Counted from the stretch's first letter, positions 16,781 to 26,656 are shown. The stretch: DNA of 54,553 bases from Pseudomonadota bacterium (GCA_015222725.1 JADFVW010000239.1:1-54553), one strand, 5' to 3'. Made by a program: numbers and translations. Notes: a model not told the origin generated them from the sequence alone.

Positions 16781-17296
16781 ATGAGGAACAACCCGTACAT
16801 GCTGCAATCTCTATCACCTAGAATAGTGTTTTTTGGCCTCACCGCCATCGCCATTACTTCTATCGCCTTCGCCATGCTGTACCTGGAAGATCAACTGGGC
16901 CTGGCGGCCTGCCCGCTGTGTATGACCCAGAGGCTGTTCATTGTACTGGTAGGCGCTGTTGGCCTGATGGCTGGCCTGCACAACCCCTCGGGCTGGGGAA
17001 GGCGTGTATACGGTGCACTGTGTACGCTGGCTGCACTGGCCGGGGGCGCCGTCGCCGCACGGCATGTGTGGCTGCAGCATTTGCCCGCAGACCAGGTTCC
17101 CGCCTGCGGACCCAGCCTGGAGTACATGCTCGATACCCTGCCATTTTCAGAAACCCTGAGTATCGTCATGATGGGGGATGGAAACTGCGCGGATACTGTG
17201 TGGACCTTTATGGGCTTCAGCATTCCCGAGCAAACCCTCGCCCTGTTTACTGTAGTTACCATCATTTGCCTGTGGCAGACCCTAAGGAGCCGCTAA
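16781..17296 (+). CDS. dsbB: Disulfide bond formation protein B
   Basis: There are four TM segments, the first periplasmic loop has CPLCMTQR (CxxC), and a second Cys pair lies in the large loop (PACGPS ... GNCADT). Confidence 0.85.
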   Translation: MRNNPYMLQSLSPRIVFFGLTAIAITSIAFAMLYLEDQLGLAACPLCMTQRLFIVLVGAVGLMAGLHNPSGWGRRVYGALCTLAALAGGAVAARHVWLQHLPADQVPACGPSLEYMLDTLPFSETLSIVMMGDGNCADTVWTFMGFSIPEQTLALFTVVTIICLWQTLRSR

Positions 17297-17781
17297 TGAC
17301 ACCCACTGATAACCCAAAACAGCAATTTGCAGCCGTCGATGAACTATTGGGGCGCTGGCTGAAAAGCCGCAACACCCTGCTCAGCAAGTACACCGACATT
17401 GCCCTGTCCACCGAGGCCAGCCTGGACGGCACAGAAATAGACTCGGGGCAGAAAGCCCTGGGCGAGGTGATTGTTGACTATGTGTCAACGGGCCATTTCG
17501 AGGTTTTTCATGAGCTTATCAACGAGGCGGAGTTATTCGCCGATGGCGGGCACAAGTTGGCCGCCAGATTAATTCCGGAAATCAGCGATACCACCGATTT
17601 TATTCTGGCCTACGAGGAGAAATATGGCGCGGGGCAGGAATACCCCGAAACGCTGGAGCGGGACCTGTCGGCCCTGGGAGAAATATTGGAGTCCCGCTTT
17701 GAACTGGAAGACCAGCTGATAGCTGGCCTTCACAACAGGCACCGGTCAAAATTGGCTGACGCCAGGCCAAACATGGCCTAG
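17296..17781 (+). CDS. rsd: Rsd/AlgQ-family anti-sigma-70 regulator
   Basis: VDYVSTGHFEVFHELI and LESRFELEDQLI align with E. coli Rsd (VDYLSAGHFSIYERIL, LEARFVLEDKLI). The ATG overlaps the dsbB stop (TAATG). The 287-aa ORF-track version is an out-of-frame overlap with dsbB. Confidence 0.8.
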   Translation: MTPTDNPKQQFAAVDELLGRWLKSRNTLLSKYTDIALSTEASLDGTEIDSGQKALGEVIVDYVSTGHFEVFHELINEAELFADGGHKLAARLIPEISDTTDFILAYEEKYGAGQEYPETLERDLSALGEILESRFELEDQLIAGLHNRHRSKLADARPNMA

Positions 17782-17793
17782 CGCCAATCGTAT

Positions 17794-18558
17794 TTAACCT
17801 TCTGCTGCTTCCGGAGCGGCCTCAGCGGCTACCTTGTCAGCGATAGAGATCAATTCCACTTCAAAGACCAGTGTGGCATTGGGGCCTATGCTTCCACCTG
17901 CGCCGCCGGCACCGTAAGCCAGCTCTGAAGGGATAACCAGTTTCCACTTGGAGCCTACGGGCATCATCTGCAGCGCTTCGACCCAACCCGGGATAACCTG
18001 GGTAACGCCAAACGAAGCAGTCTGGTTGCGCGAGTAGGATGAATCAAACTCCGTACCGTCCATCAATGTGCCGCGGTAGTGGACTTCGACCGTGTCTTCG
18101 GCACTGGGCAGGGGGCCGTCACCGGCTTCAAGAATTTCGTACTGCAGGCCAGACTCGGTAACCACAACACCCTCTTTTGCAGCATTCTCAGCCAGGAAAG
18201 CAGCACCTGCGGCAATTGCCGCCTCTCCAGCTACGGCCTGGGCAGCCTGTTGCTCAGCAACAGCCTTTTCCTGGTAGGCCTGCATCTCTGCAGCAATTTC
18301 CTCCTCGGTCATGCGCGATTCAACACCATTCATTGCATCACTCAAGCCCGCGGTAAACGCGTTCACGTCCAGGGGTACAGAATCCTGTGACATACGCGAA
18401 CCCATGCCATAGGCAATTCCGTAGCTCAAACGCTGGGAGGTCGTCTCCAGCACAACTGCCGCATCGGCCTTGGCAGTGTCAGTTTTAGCCGTTTCTTCAT
18501 TACAGGCTTGCAAGGTGACCATGCTGATCAGGGCAAGTGGAAGTACATACTTCTTCAT
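17794..18558 (-). CDS. FKBP-type peptidyl-prolyl cis-trans isomerase (Mip/FkpA-like lipoprotein)
   Basis: A lipobox (VTLQAC) is followed by a long helical dimerisation region and a C-terminal FKBP domain (VHYRGTLMDGTEFDSS ... LVFEVELISI). Confidence 0.85.
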   Translation of the reverse strand: MKKYVLPLALISMVTLQACNEETAKTDTAKADAAVVLETTSQRLSYGIAYGMGSRMSQDSVPLDVNAFTAGLSDAMNGVESRMTEEEIAAEMQAYQEKAVAEQQAAQAVAGEAAIAAGAAFLAENAAKEGVVVTESGLQYEILEAGDGPLPSAEDTVEVHYRGTLMDGTEFDSSYSRNQTASFGVTQVIPGWVEALQMMPVGSKWKLVIPSELAYGAGGAGGSIGPNATLVFEVELISIADKVAAEAAPEAAEG

Positions 18559-18765
18559 AAATTCAATCCAAATTTTAGGTGAGTGAAAAGGTAAATGTAA
18601 AGGTGATAGAAAAACATGAGTAGAACTTTACAATGGGTGCGAATAATACTACTCAAGAGCCCACTTGCGCCAGCCCCAAATCGAACTCCCCGAATTCACA
18701 AATTACGCTGTATCGTCACAGGCATCTGGCTCATGGCCTGCACTGCAGGTAGAATTGCCAACCTC

Positions 18766-20649
18766 ATGATTATTCTCAAAGATATAAGCCTGCGGCGGGG
18801 CGTCAAAGTTCTGCTGCGATCGGCCAACGTTACTATACAGCCCGGGCAACGCCTCGCGCTGATCGGTGCCAACGGCTGCGGCAAATCCAGCCTGTTCTCC
18901 CTGCTGATGGGCGACCTGGGTGCCGATCAGGGCGAAATTGAAGGTATGAATAACCTGCGACTGTCACATATGGCGCAGGAGGTGATGGCCACCAGCATGC
19001 CCTGCGGAGAATATGTCCTGCGCGGCGACTCGAAGCTGGCCAATTTGCGAGATGAGCTGCAACAGCTTGAGTCTGCAGGGGATTATAGCGCAGCAGCTCA
19101 CGTTCACAGTGCCCTGGAGAATATAGACGGCTACAGCGCCGAACGACGGGTAGACCGGTTGCTGCAGGGCCTGGGCTTCGCCGACGGCGCCTCCGCCCGC
19201 CCGGTCAACGACTTTTCCGGCGGATGGCGAATCCGGCTCAACCTCGCCAGGGCCTTGATGACACCCTCGGATGTGCTGCTACTGGACGAGCCCACCAACC
19301 ATCTGGACCTGGATGCCACCATCTGGTTGCAACAGTGGCTGAGGCAATACCCGGGCACTCTGGTGATGGTGTCCCACGACCGGGATTTTATCGATGCCAC
19401 CTGCCAGCGCATTTTGCACATCGAACACCAGCAGCTCAATGCCTACACCGGCAACTACAGCGGCTTTGAGCTGCAGCGCGCCGAGCGCCTCGCCAACCAA
19501 CAGGCCACCTTTGAGAAACAACAGCGGCGGGTTGGGGAAATCCACGATTTCGTGCGCCGTTTCCGCTACAAGGCCACCAAGGCCAAGCAGGCCCAGAGCC
19601 GCCTGAAGGAGCTGGAGCGCATGGAGCTGGTTGCCCCCGCCCATATCGACTCGCCCTTCGACTTCAGCTTTCCTCCGCCTCTGAAAAGCTCCGACCCCCT
19701 GCTGAGCCTGAGCCTGGCCAGCCTGGGCTATGGCGACACAGCCATATTATCGAAGGTAGACATTCAGCTGCGTCCCGGCAGCCGCTGCGGCTTGCTGGGA
19801 AAAAACGGCGCGGGTAAATCGACCCTGTTGAAAAGCCTGGTGGGCGAACTGCCCCTGCTGGCGGGGGAGAGAGTGACCGGAGAGCACTGCAGCATCGGCT
19901 ATTTTGACCAGCAGCAGCTGGAGACCCTGGATTTACAGGCCAGCGCTGCCCTGCACCTGCAGCGACTCAATCCCGGCGCACGGGAACAGGAGATTCTGAA
20001 CTTTCTGGGGGGTTTTAATTTTCGCGGCGATGCAGCCACCAGCGAAATTGCACCCTTCTCCGGCGGCGAGAAAGCCCGCCTGGCCCTGGCCATGGTGGTA
20101 TGGCAGCGCCCCAACCTGTTGGTTCTGGACGAGCCCACCAACCACCTGGACCTGGAGATGCGCCACGCCATGGAGATCGCCCTGCAGACCTATGAAGGTG
20201 CGGTGATCCTGGTCAGCCACGACCGCCATATGTTGCGCAATACTGTAGACGAACTGCTACTGGTTCACGATGGTGTGGTGGAGGAATACCGCGAGGACCT
20301 GGAGGCCTACGAAAAATGGATTATCAGCAGCTATAAGTCCCCGGACAGGCAATCTGACAATGTTACTGATAATAGCCGCAAGGAAAAGCGCCAGCAGGCC
20401 GCTGTCCACCGTGACAAACGACGCCCCCTGCAACGCCTGATTGAGAAGACCGAAAAGCAGATGGCAGCCGCTGAAACTGAGCTACAGGAATTGCAGGCAC
20501 TGCTGAGCGACAGTGACTTATATAGCGAGGCGCGCAAGGGCGAGCTGGCGGACCTGTTAAAGCGTGAGGGCGAACTCAAAATTCATGCGGGGCAGCTGGA
20601 AGAGGCCTGGTTTGAACAGCAGCATGAGTTGGAGGAGTTGGGGGGCTGA
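18766..20649 (+). CDS. yheS: ABC-F family ATPase (YheS-type translation factor)
   Basis: There are two ABC cassettes (GANGCGKSS / FSGGWRIRLNLA / LLLDEPTNHLD and GKNGAGKST / FSGGEKARLALA / LVLDEPTNHLD) with a linker and a C-terminal coiled coil, and no TM domain. It is colinear with E. coli YheS from MIILKDISLRRG. The start is ATG 18766. Confidence 0.85.
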   Translation: MIILKDISLRRGVKVLLRSANVTIQPGQRLALIGANGCGKSSLFSLLMGDLGADQGEIEGMNNLRLSHMAQEVMATSMPCGEYVLRGDSKLANLRDELQQLESAGDYSAAAHVHSALENIDGYSAERRVDRLLQGLGFADGASARPVNDFSGGWRIRLNLARALMTPSDVLLLDEPTNHLDLDATIWLQQWLRQYPGTLVMVSHDRDFIDATCQRILHIEHQQLNAYTGNYSGFELQRAERLANQQATFEKQQRRVGEIHDFVRRFRYKATKAKQAQSRLKELERMELVAPAHIDSPFDFSFPPPLKSSDPLLSLSLASLGYGDTAILSKVDIQLRPGSRCGLLGKNGAGKSTLLKSLVGELPLLAGERVTGEHCSIGYFDQQQLETLDLQASAALHLQRLNPGAREQEILNFLGGFNFRGDAATSEIAPFSGGEKARLALAMVVWQRPNLLVLDEPTNHLDLEMRHAMEIALQTYEGAVILVSHDRHMLRNTVDELLLVHDGVVEEYREDLEAYEKWIISSYKSPDRQSDNVTDNSRKEKRQQAAVHRDKRRPLQRLIEKTEKQMAAAETELQELQALLSDSDLYSEARKGELADLLKREGELKIHAGQLEEAWFEQQHELEELGG

Positions 20650-20752
20650 GCCCAGCTTGTCTTGAGGCCAGCCGGACGACACCCCTGCCGTGTAAATATT
20701 TTTATTGTTGGCACTTGCTATAGATCAAGAAACTCCCAATTTTCACAAAAAA

Positions 20753-20800
20753 ACACAATATGTAGACTTTTCTGCGCGTACACTTCACTATATGTAGCGT
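20753..20800 (+). promoter_or_regulatory. Two NrdR boxes upstream of nrdJa
   Basis: ACACAATATGTAGACT (20753-20768) and TCACTATATGTAGCGT (20785-20800) both fit the NrdR consensus as I recall it (acaCwAtATaTwGtgt). The centre-to-centre distance is 32 bp, about three helical turns, as is typical for tandem NrdR boxes. They sit in the AT-rich region 57 bp upstream of the nrdJa ATG. Confidence 0.65.
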
Positions 20801-20856
20801 TTACATAAAAAGTTAAAAAAAACAGCATCAATATAACAATCAGTGAGTGATAAGCT

Positions 20857-23010
20857 ATGTCCGACCCACAAGCGGCCCCCAATGTTAGCCGTGAATATTC
20901 GACTGTCCCTTTACAATCTACCTCCCTGGACATCTGGCGCCAGAAATACTGCCTGAAAACCATAGACGGGCAGGAAGTAGATGCCGATATCGACGCCACC
21001 TTCTCCCGGGTGGCCAAAACCATTGCCAATGTAGAAGAGAGCGCCGATAAGCGCGAACTCTGGTTCAAGGAATTTTTGTGGGCCCTGCAGCAGGGTGCCA
21101 TACCGGCGGGGCGTATCCTCTCCAACGCCGGAGCCGGCGCTCACAAGAGCGACACCTCCACCATCAACTGTACGGTGTCGGGCATTTTAAACGACTCCAT
21201 GGAGAGCATCCTGTCCAAGAACTGCGAGGCGGGGTTAACCCTGAAGGCAGGCTGCGGCATAGGCTACGAATTTTCCACCCTGCGGCCCTCTGGTGCCACG
21301 GTTGCAGGGGCCGGGGCCAAAACGTCCGGCCCGCTCTCCTTCATGGATATTTTTGACAAGACCTGTCTCACGGTGTCCTCCGCCGGTGGTCGGCGCGGTG
21401 CGCAGATGGCCACCTTTGACGTGTCCCACCCGGACGTACTGGAGTTCATCAGGGCCAAGCGCGAAGACGGCCGCCTCAGGCAGTTCAATTGTTCACTGCT
21501 GATTACCGATGAGTTTATGCAGGCGGTAAAAGACGACGCCCCCTGGGCACTGGTGTTCCCGGTCAAGGCCGATAGCCTGGCCGAAGCAGAACACAAGGCG
21601 GGAGAGCGAGGCATTGTCTGGCGTATGTGGCCGGACAACGACGGCTACCTGTGCAATGAGCGCGGCGAAACCGCGTGTCGCATCTACCGTGAAGTGCCGG
21701 CAAAACATATCTGGCACACCATCATGACGTCCACTTTCGATTATGCCGAGCCCGGCTTTATTCTTATCGATCGCGTCAACGAGATGAACAACAACTGGTT
21801 CTGCGAATCCATACGGGCCACAAATCCATGCGGCGAACAGCCTCTGCCCCCCTATGGCAGCTGCCTACTGGGATCCATCAACCTGACACGCTTTATCGAT
21901 AACCCCTTCACTGCCGAAGCGAGTTTTGACTGGCCGCACTTCAACCGTGTGGTAGAGGTGTTCACCCGCATGCTGGACAACGTGGTGGAAATAAACGGCC
22001 TGCCGCTGGAAGGCCAGCGCAGTGAAATTAGCAGCAAACGCCGCCACGGCATGGGCTACCTGGGCTTGGGCTCTGCGCTCACCATGCTGGGAATGAAGTA
22101 CGGTTGCGCTGAAGCGGTAGAGTTTGCCGGCCGCGTATCTAAGGAACTCGCCGTCAGTGGCTGGAAAGCCGGGCTGGATCTGTCCCGGGAAAAAGGCGCC
22201 GCTCCCGCACTGGCGGAAGAGTACACGGTAACCGAAGCCATGCTGAACCAACGCCCGGAGATGCGCGAAGATGGCATAAAGGCGGGCGACAAGATACACG
22301 GGCGGGTATTGCACGCACGCTACAGTCGCTACATGCAAAAAGTCGCCTCGGTGGCACCCGAGTTGGTGGAGCAGTTGGCCCAGGAGGGCAGCCGCTTTAC
22401 CCACCACAGCTCTATTGCACCCACGGGCACCATCGCACTGTCTCTGGGTAACAACGCCAGCAACGGTATTGAACCCAGCTTTGCCCACCAGTATTCGCGC
22501 AATGTGATTCGCGAGGGCAAGAAATCGAAAGAGAAAGTTGATGTCTTCTCCTTTGAGCTGCTGGCCTACCAGCACCTCATTAATAATAAGGCCTCACCCT
22601 CGGGCACTACGCCCGAAGATTCCCTGCCGGACTACTTCGTCACCACCGACGATATTTCTGCTAAAGGGCACGTGGATATGCAGGCGGCCGCGCAGTCCTG
22701 GGTGGATTCCAGTATTTCCAAGACCGTTAATGTGCCGTCCGATATCGACTACGAAGAGTTCAAGGATATTTATCGCTATGCCCACGAGAAGGGGCTGAAG
22801 GGTTGCACCACGTTCCGCTTTAACCCCGAGGCATTCCAGGGCGTGTTAGTGCGCGAGGAAGATCTCGCCAATACCCTGTATCGCTTCACTCTGGCAGACG
22901 GTCAGGAGATCGAAATTCCCGGTAACGAAGAAATTGAATACGACGGCGAAATACACACCGCCGCCAACTTATATGACGCCCTGAAAGAAGGCTATTACGG
23001 CAAGTTATAG
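20857..23010 (+). CDS. nrdJ: Adenosylcobalamin-dependent (class II) ribonucleotide reductase, large N-terminal fragment NrdJa
   Basis: The class II active-site finger is ATNPCGEQPLPPYGSCLLGSINL, with RNR barrel motifs throughout. The ORF stops 14 bp before a separate ORF that carries the normal C-terminal part. Confidence 0.9.
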   Translation: MSDPQAAPNVSREYSTVPLQSTSLDIWRQKYCLKTIDGQEVDADIDATFSRVAKTIANVEESADKRELWFKEFLWALQQGAIPAGRILSNAGAGAHKSDTSTINCTVSGILNDSMESILSKNCEAGLTLKAGCGIGYEFSTLRPSGATVAGAGAKTSGPLSFMDIFDKTCLTVSSAGGRRGAQMATFDVSHPDVLEFIRAKREDGRLRQFNCSLLITDEFMQAVKDDAPWALVFPVKADSLAEAEHKAGERGIVWRMWPDNDGYLCNERGETACRIYREVPAKHIWHTIMTSTFDYAEPGFILIDRVNEMNNNWFCESIRATNPCGEQPLPPYGSCLLGSINLTRFIDNPFTAEASFDWPHFNRVVEVFTRMLDNVVEINGLPLEGQRSEISSKRRHGMGYLGLGSALTMLGMKYGCAEAVEFAGRVSKELAVSGWKAGLDLSREKGAAPALAEEYTVTEAMLNQRPEMREDGIKAGDKIHGRVLHARYSRYMQKVASVAPELVEQLAQEGSRFTHHSSIAPTGTIALSLGNNASNGIEPSFAHQYSRNVIREGKKSKEKVDVFSFELLAYQHLINNKASPSGTTPEDSLPDYFVTTDDISAKGHVDMQAAAQSWVDSSISKTVNVPSDIDYEEFKDIYRYAHEKGLKGCTTFRFNPEAFQGVLVREEDLANTLYRFTLADGQEIEIPGNEEIEYDGEIHTAANLYDALKEGYYGKL

Positions 23011-23024
23011 CCGGGAGAAAAATC

Positions 23025-23711
23025 ATGATCCATAAAATCGAAAGCGAAATCGTCGACTGCACCGTTGTCAGCAACGCGGTAAAAACCAAAGAGCCGGCGC
23101 CTGAAGAGACAACCCCCACGAAAGCGGAAGTGGTGCAGATGCATGAAAAACTGCAGCGCCCGGAGATGCTGGTGGGCTCCACCTACAAGGTGAAAACCCC
23201 CATGTCGGAACACGCTCTGTATATCACCATCAACGACATCATTCTGAATCAGGGCACCGAGCACGAGCAGCGCCGCCCCTTCGAGATATTCATCAACTCC
23301 AAGAACATGGATCACTTTCAGTGGGTGGTTGCACTCACCCGGGTTATTTCCGCAGTATTTCGCAAGGGCGGTGATGCCACTTTCCTGGTTGAGGAACTCA
23401 AGGGTGTATTCGACCCCAAGGGCGGTTACTTCAAGCGCGGGGGCCGTTTTATGCCCTCTCTGGTGGCGGAAATTGGCGAGTCAATTGAGAGCCACATGAA
23501 AATGATCGGCCTGATCCCACAGGAGAATCTGGACGATCACCAGAAGGATTTTATCGCTAAAAAGCGCGCAGAGCTTGCGGGCAACGATAGCCCGGTAAAG
23601 AGCGATTTTCCCGCCAGCGCCCAGCTCTGTAGCAAGTGCAATACCAAGGCAAAGGTTTTCTCTGACGGCTGCATGACCTGCTTGAGTTGTGGCGATTCGA
23701 AATGCGGGTAA
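23025..23711 (+). CDS. nrdJ: Class II ribonucleotide reductase C-terminal fragment NrdJb
   Basis: The 228-aa ORF ends in the cysteine-rich tail CSKCNTKAKVFSDGCMTCLSCGDSKCG, typical of the NrdJ C-terminus. The arrangement parallels the split nrdJa/nrdJb of Pseudomonas aeruginosa. Confidence 0.8.
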   Translation: MIHKIESEIVDCTVVSNAVKTKEPAPEETTPTKAEVVQMHEKLQRPEMLVGSTYKVKTPMSEHALYITINDIILNQGTEHEQRRPFEIFINSKNMDHFQWVVALTRVISAVFRKGGDATFLVEELKGVFDPKGGYFKRGGRFMPSLVAEIGESIESHMKMIGLIPQENLDDHQKDFIAKKRAELAGNDSPVKSDFPASAQLCSKCNTKAKVFSDGCMTCLSCGDSKCG

Positions 23712-23723
23712 ATAGCTGACCCG

Positions 23724-24788
23724 TCAGGCGGTCGCCTCCAGCACCATATTAGTCGGCGTTTCTGTCGCCCGCCGCACGTGACTGAATCCCGCCGCATGCA
23801 AAACCTCTGTCAGCCTGGCCTCGCCCGCCTGCGCACCCAGACCCAGGCCCACTTCCTGGGCTTTGGATGTCGGCACACAAATAGTGGTCGAAAAGCCGTA
23901 GAAAATACCTGCCAGAAGATTGAGGTTGTCAGCCAGTGAGTCCGCTGCCATCGGCTCCACCACCATAAATTTGCCACCGGGCTTCAGGGCCTTGCGAATG
24001 TGCGTGGCCGCCCCCACCGGGTCGCCCATATCGTGTAGTGCATCAAAGATACAAATCAGGTCGAAGTCATTCCCGGGGAATTCCTTGGCGGCACTGACTC
24101 CGAAGCTCACATTGGAAAGGCCGACACTCTTTGCCTTGTCAGTTGCCGCTTCAATAGAGGGGGCATGAAAATCAAAACCATGAACCTGCGAGCCCGGATA
24201 GGATTCTGCCATCAGGATACTTGAAGAGCCCAGACCACACCCTATATCGGCAATTTTCCCACCAGATTTAAGCAGCGCATCCACCCCGTCGAGAGCGGGT
24301 ATCCAGTTTGCAACCAGATTGGCAGCGTAGCCCGGCCTGAAGAAACGGTCGGTACCGCAAAAACAGCAGCTGCTTTGCTCGCCCCAGGGACGTCCCTTCC
24401 CTGTTTTAAAGACATCGACAGCCGTATGACAGGTCTCGTACTGACTAACCACCGCCTGGAAAAATCCCTGCATGCAGGTAGGCTCGCCATCGTGGGCAAA
24501 CAACGCGGCCTGTTCCGGGCTCAGGGAGAAGGTGTCGCTGTCGCCGTTATAGTCCACATAGCCGAAGGCGGCGTTGGACGATAGCCACTCGCGTAAATAA
24601 CGCTCATCCAAACCCGTGGCCTCCGCCAATTCGATGTGTGTACAAGCCCCCTTTTTCTCCAGGGCCTCGTAGACGCCAGCCTGGTCACCTATATAGGCCA
24701 TGAAAAGACCTACTGCGCCCCCCACGTCACCCATAACCTTGCCCTGTAGCTCTGCAAACTTGTCTTCGTTAAATACTGCTTCAGTCAT
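23724..24788 (-). CDS. Class I SAM-dependent methyltransferase with an N-terminal winged-helix-like domain (Rv2258c-like)
   Basis: SAM motif I is IADIGCGLGSSSILMAE, with the acidic residue GFDFH and motif II/III DLICIFDALHD ... GGKFMVVEP. Confidence 0.7.
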   Translation of the reverse strand: MTEAVFNEDKFAELQGKVMGDVGGAVGLFMAYIGDQAGVYEALEKKGACTHIELAEATGLDERYLREWLSSNAAFGYVDYNGDSDTFSLSPEQAALFAHDGEPTCMQGFFQAVVSQYETCHTAVDVFKTGKGRPWGEQSSCCFCGTDRFFRPGYAANLVANWIPALDGVDALLKSGGKIADIGCGLGSSSILMAESYPGSQVHGFDFHAPSIEAATDKAKSVGLSNVSFGVSAAKEFPGNDFDLICIFDALHDMGDPVGAATHIRKALKPGGKFMVVEPMAADSLADNLNLLAGIFYGFSTTICVPTSKAQEVGLGLGAQAGEARLTEVLHAAGFSHVRRATETPTNMVLEATA

Positions 24789-24909
24789 ATTGATTACCCC
24801 AGCCCATGTTAGATTTATTTTGTCTCGGCACTCACCCGTTTAGGCGACGCAAGTGACCACGATTAATGAGTGTAGTACAAAAACAAAAAATTGGTATCGA
24901 GGGAGTTCG

Positions 24910-25227
24910 TCAGGCGATCAAGCGCTGTTTTTCTTGCCGCGACAACTTTTTAATAGCCGCCTCCCGTTGCAGGGCGGCACTGCGATCGGCGGCAGTATCC
25001 GACCACCGCAGGGTTACCGGGCGGCGACCCCGGGTATATTTCGGGCCGCCGCTCAATTCGCCATTGTGTTGTTGCAAGCGTCTGGACAAGTTTGTAGCGA
25101 TGCCCGTATATAAGCTGCCATCGGCACACTCGAGGATATACACTTGCCAGCTACTGTCGGTCACAGGTATGACACCAGGGCCAATACAAGCGCTACATTG
25201 ACCACTGTGTTTCTCCTGTTGATTCAT
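24910..25227 (-). CDS. GIY-YIG nuclease-family protein (UPF0213/YhbQ-like)
   Basis: VYILECADGSLYTGIATNLSRRLQQHN carries the GIY...YTG motifs and the conserved Arg. An internal GTG at 25164 (MTDSSWQVY...) would give a length closer to YhbQ, so the start is uncertain. Confidence 0.75.
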   Translation of the reverse strand: MNQQEKHSGQCSACIGPGVIPVTDSSWQVYILECADGSLYTGIATNLSRRLQQHNGELSGGPKYTRGRRPVTLRWSDTAADRSAALQREAAIKKLSRQEKQRLIA

Positions 25228-25378
25228 ATCTATAATAGTGGGTTTTCATCCCCGAATCTTAGCAAAATGGCGGTAAAACTTTTATCCTTACCCTAGGGTT
25301 ACAGTTGACTAGCCCCAAATTGAGTTGGGTTCTAGCCCCTGCCTATCATCCATCCGTGACTAAAGGAGATCAAATACA

Positions 25379-26656
25379 TTGGCAACCATAGTCAATACCG
25401 CCGAGGAGGCGGTAAAACCGATTCAGTCCGGCCAGCAAATCTGGGTGCACTCCATGGCAGCCACACCCTCTCTACTGCTGGATGCTCTGGTAGAGCACGC
25501 CGCTCCGCTAAACAATGTCTCGCTGCTACAACTGCATCTTGAAAATGCCGAAATGCTTACTGCGTCCTATGCCAAGGGGCATATACGTGCGCGCTGTTTT
25601 TTCGCCAGCCACGCCACCCGGGACATGATCAACCAGGGCGTCGCCGACTATGTGCCGATGATGTTGTCAGATATTCCTCGCTCCATTCGCACGGGTGAAC
25701 AGCCCGTAGATGTTGCACTCATACAGGTGTCACCTCCCGATCAGCACGGGCTGTGCTCTCTGGGCGTGTCTGTTGAAGTCACCCCCGCCGCCTGCGAGTC
25801 AGCGCAGACTATTATTGCCCACGTAAACCCCCAAATGCCACGCAGTCATGGGGATGGTTTTATTCACTGGCGCGATATTGATGTGGCCTTTGAAAAATCA
25901 ATGCCAATTCCACTGGTCAGCCAGCCTCCTGCCAATGAGGTCGCCCAGCGCATTGGCCAGCACACGGCCGAATTGATAAAAGACCGAGATTGCCTGCAAC
26001 TCGGCATAGGCGCCATCCCGGAAGCCATTCTGGAAAAGCTGTCGCACCTCAAGGACATCGGCATTCACACGGAGATGTTTTCCGACGGCGTGGTAGACCT
26101 GGTGGAGAAAGGTGTCATTAACAATCATTTCAAAACTAACCATGCGGGAAGGCTGGTCGCCGGCTTCGTGATGGGCAGCCAACGGGTTTATGACTTTATA
26201 GACGACAACCCCGAGGTGGCATTGCTGGATATCGAGTACGTAAACAGCCTGCAATCCATCATACGCAACAGGCAGGTAGTATCGGTAAACAGTGCCCTGC
26301 AAATTGATCTCACCGGCCAGGTCTGCGCCGACTCCATCGGCAGCGACATCTATTCCGGTGTGGGTGGCCAGCTGGATTTTGTGCTGGGCGCAAACCTCTC
26401 TGACGACGGGCGCTCAATCATTGCCCTGCCCTCAACTGCAGCTGGCGGTACCATATCGCGCATTGTGCCCGTGCTGACCAGCGGCGCCGGCGTGGTAACG
26501 CCCCGCGCCAACGTGCACTACATTGTGACCGAATACGGTGTGGCGACATTGCGTGGCAAGTCATTAATAGAACGCGCCCGGGCTTTGATAGCCATCGCCC
26601 ACCCCGATCACCGGGATGGCCTTGAACGCTGGCTCAAAAAGTCTTTTCCGGGATGA
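25379..26656 (+). CDS. Acetyl-CoA hydrolase/transferase family protein (4-hydroxybutyrate CoA-transferase-like)
   Basis: This is a 425-aa two-domain CoA-transferase layout, with TEMFSDG and SALQIDLTGQVCADSIG...SGVGGQLDF (the catalytic Glu region). The TTG start is 10 nt after AAGGAG. Confidence 0.8.
   Translation: MATIVNTAEEAVKPIQSGQQIWVHSMAATPSLLLDALVEHAAPLNNVSLLQLHLENAEMLTASYAKGHIRARCFFASHATRDMINQGVADYVPMMLSDIPRSIRTGEQPVDVALIQVSPPDQHGLCSLGVSVEVTPAACESAQTIIAHVNPQMPRSHGDGFIHWRDIDVAFEKSMPIPLVSQPPANEVAQRIGQHTAELIKDRDCLQLGIGAIPEAILEKLSHLKDIGIHTEMFSDGVVDLVEKGVINNHFKTNHAGRLVAGFVMGSQRVYDFIDDNPEVALLDIEYVNSLQSIIRNRQVVSVNSALQIDLTGQVCADSIGSDIYSGVGGQLDFVLGANLSDDGRSIIALPSTAAGGTISRIVPVLTSGAGVVTPRANVHYIVTEYGVATLRGKSLIERARALIAIAHPDHRDGLERWLKKSFPG

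Noticed and set aside
16918-17295. N-terminal extensions offered by the ORF track for rsd (16918), argH (39567), the HAD hydrolase (48346), moaA (4914), yheS (18616), hemD (up to 37099), lpxL (up to 14474) and the SMP-30-like gene (up to 5067)
   Set aside because: The extensions overlap neighbouring, well-supported genes in another frame or on the other strand. They do not match the N-termini of the respective families. In each case an internal ATG reproduces the family-typical N-terminus.
20650-20856. Cobalamin riboswitch upstream of the B12-dependent nrdJ
   Set aside because: The region is AT-rich and short, and I see no B12-box-like element. B12 riboswitches typically control B12 uptake and synthesis or B12-independent isozymes, not NrdJ. 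The NrdR boxes explain the region.
23724-25227. Methyltransferase plus GIY-YIG nuclease as a restriction-modification-like pair
   Set aside because: The methyltransferase has small-molecule class I motifs with an Rv2258c-like N-terminal domain, and no DNA-methyltransferase motifs (no DPPY/NPPY or PCQ-type motif). The GIY-YIG protein is the tiny stand-alone YhbQ/UPF0213 type. The genes are 121 bp apart with no specificity subunit.
25290-25345. Direct repeat CTAGCCCC (two copies) flanking a short CCCAA...TTGGG inverted repeat upstream of the CoA-transferase gene
   Set aside because: The motifs are very short (8-bp repeat, 5-bp arms) and could easily arise by chance. No functional hypothesis is supported by the context.
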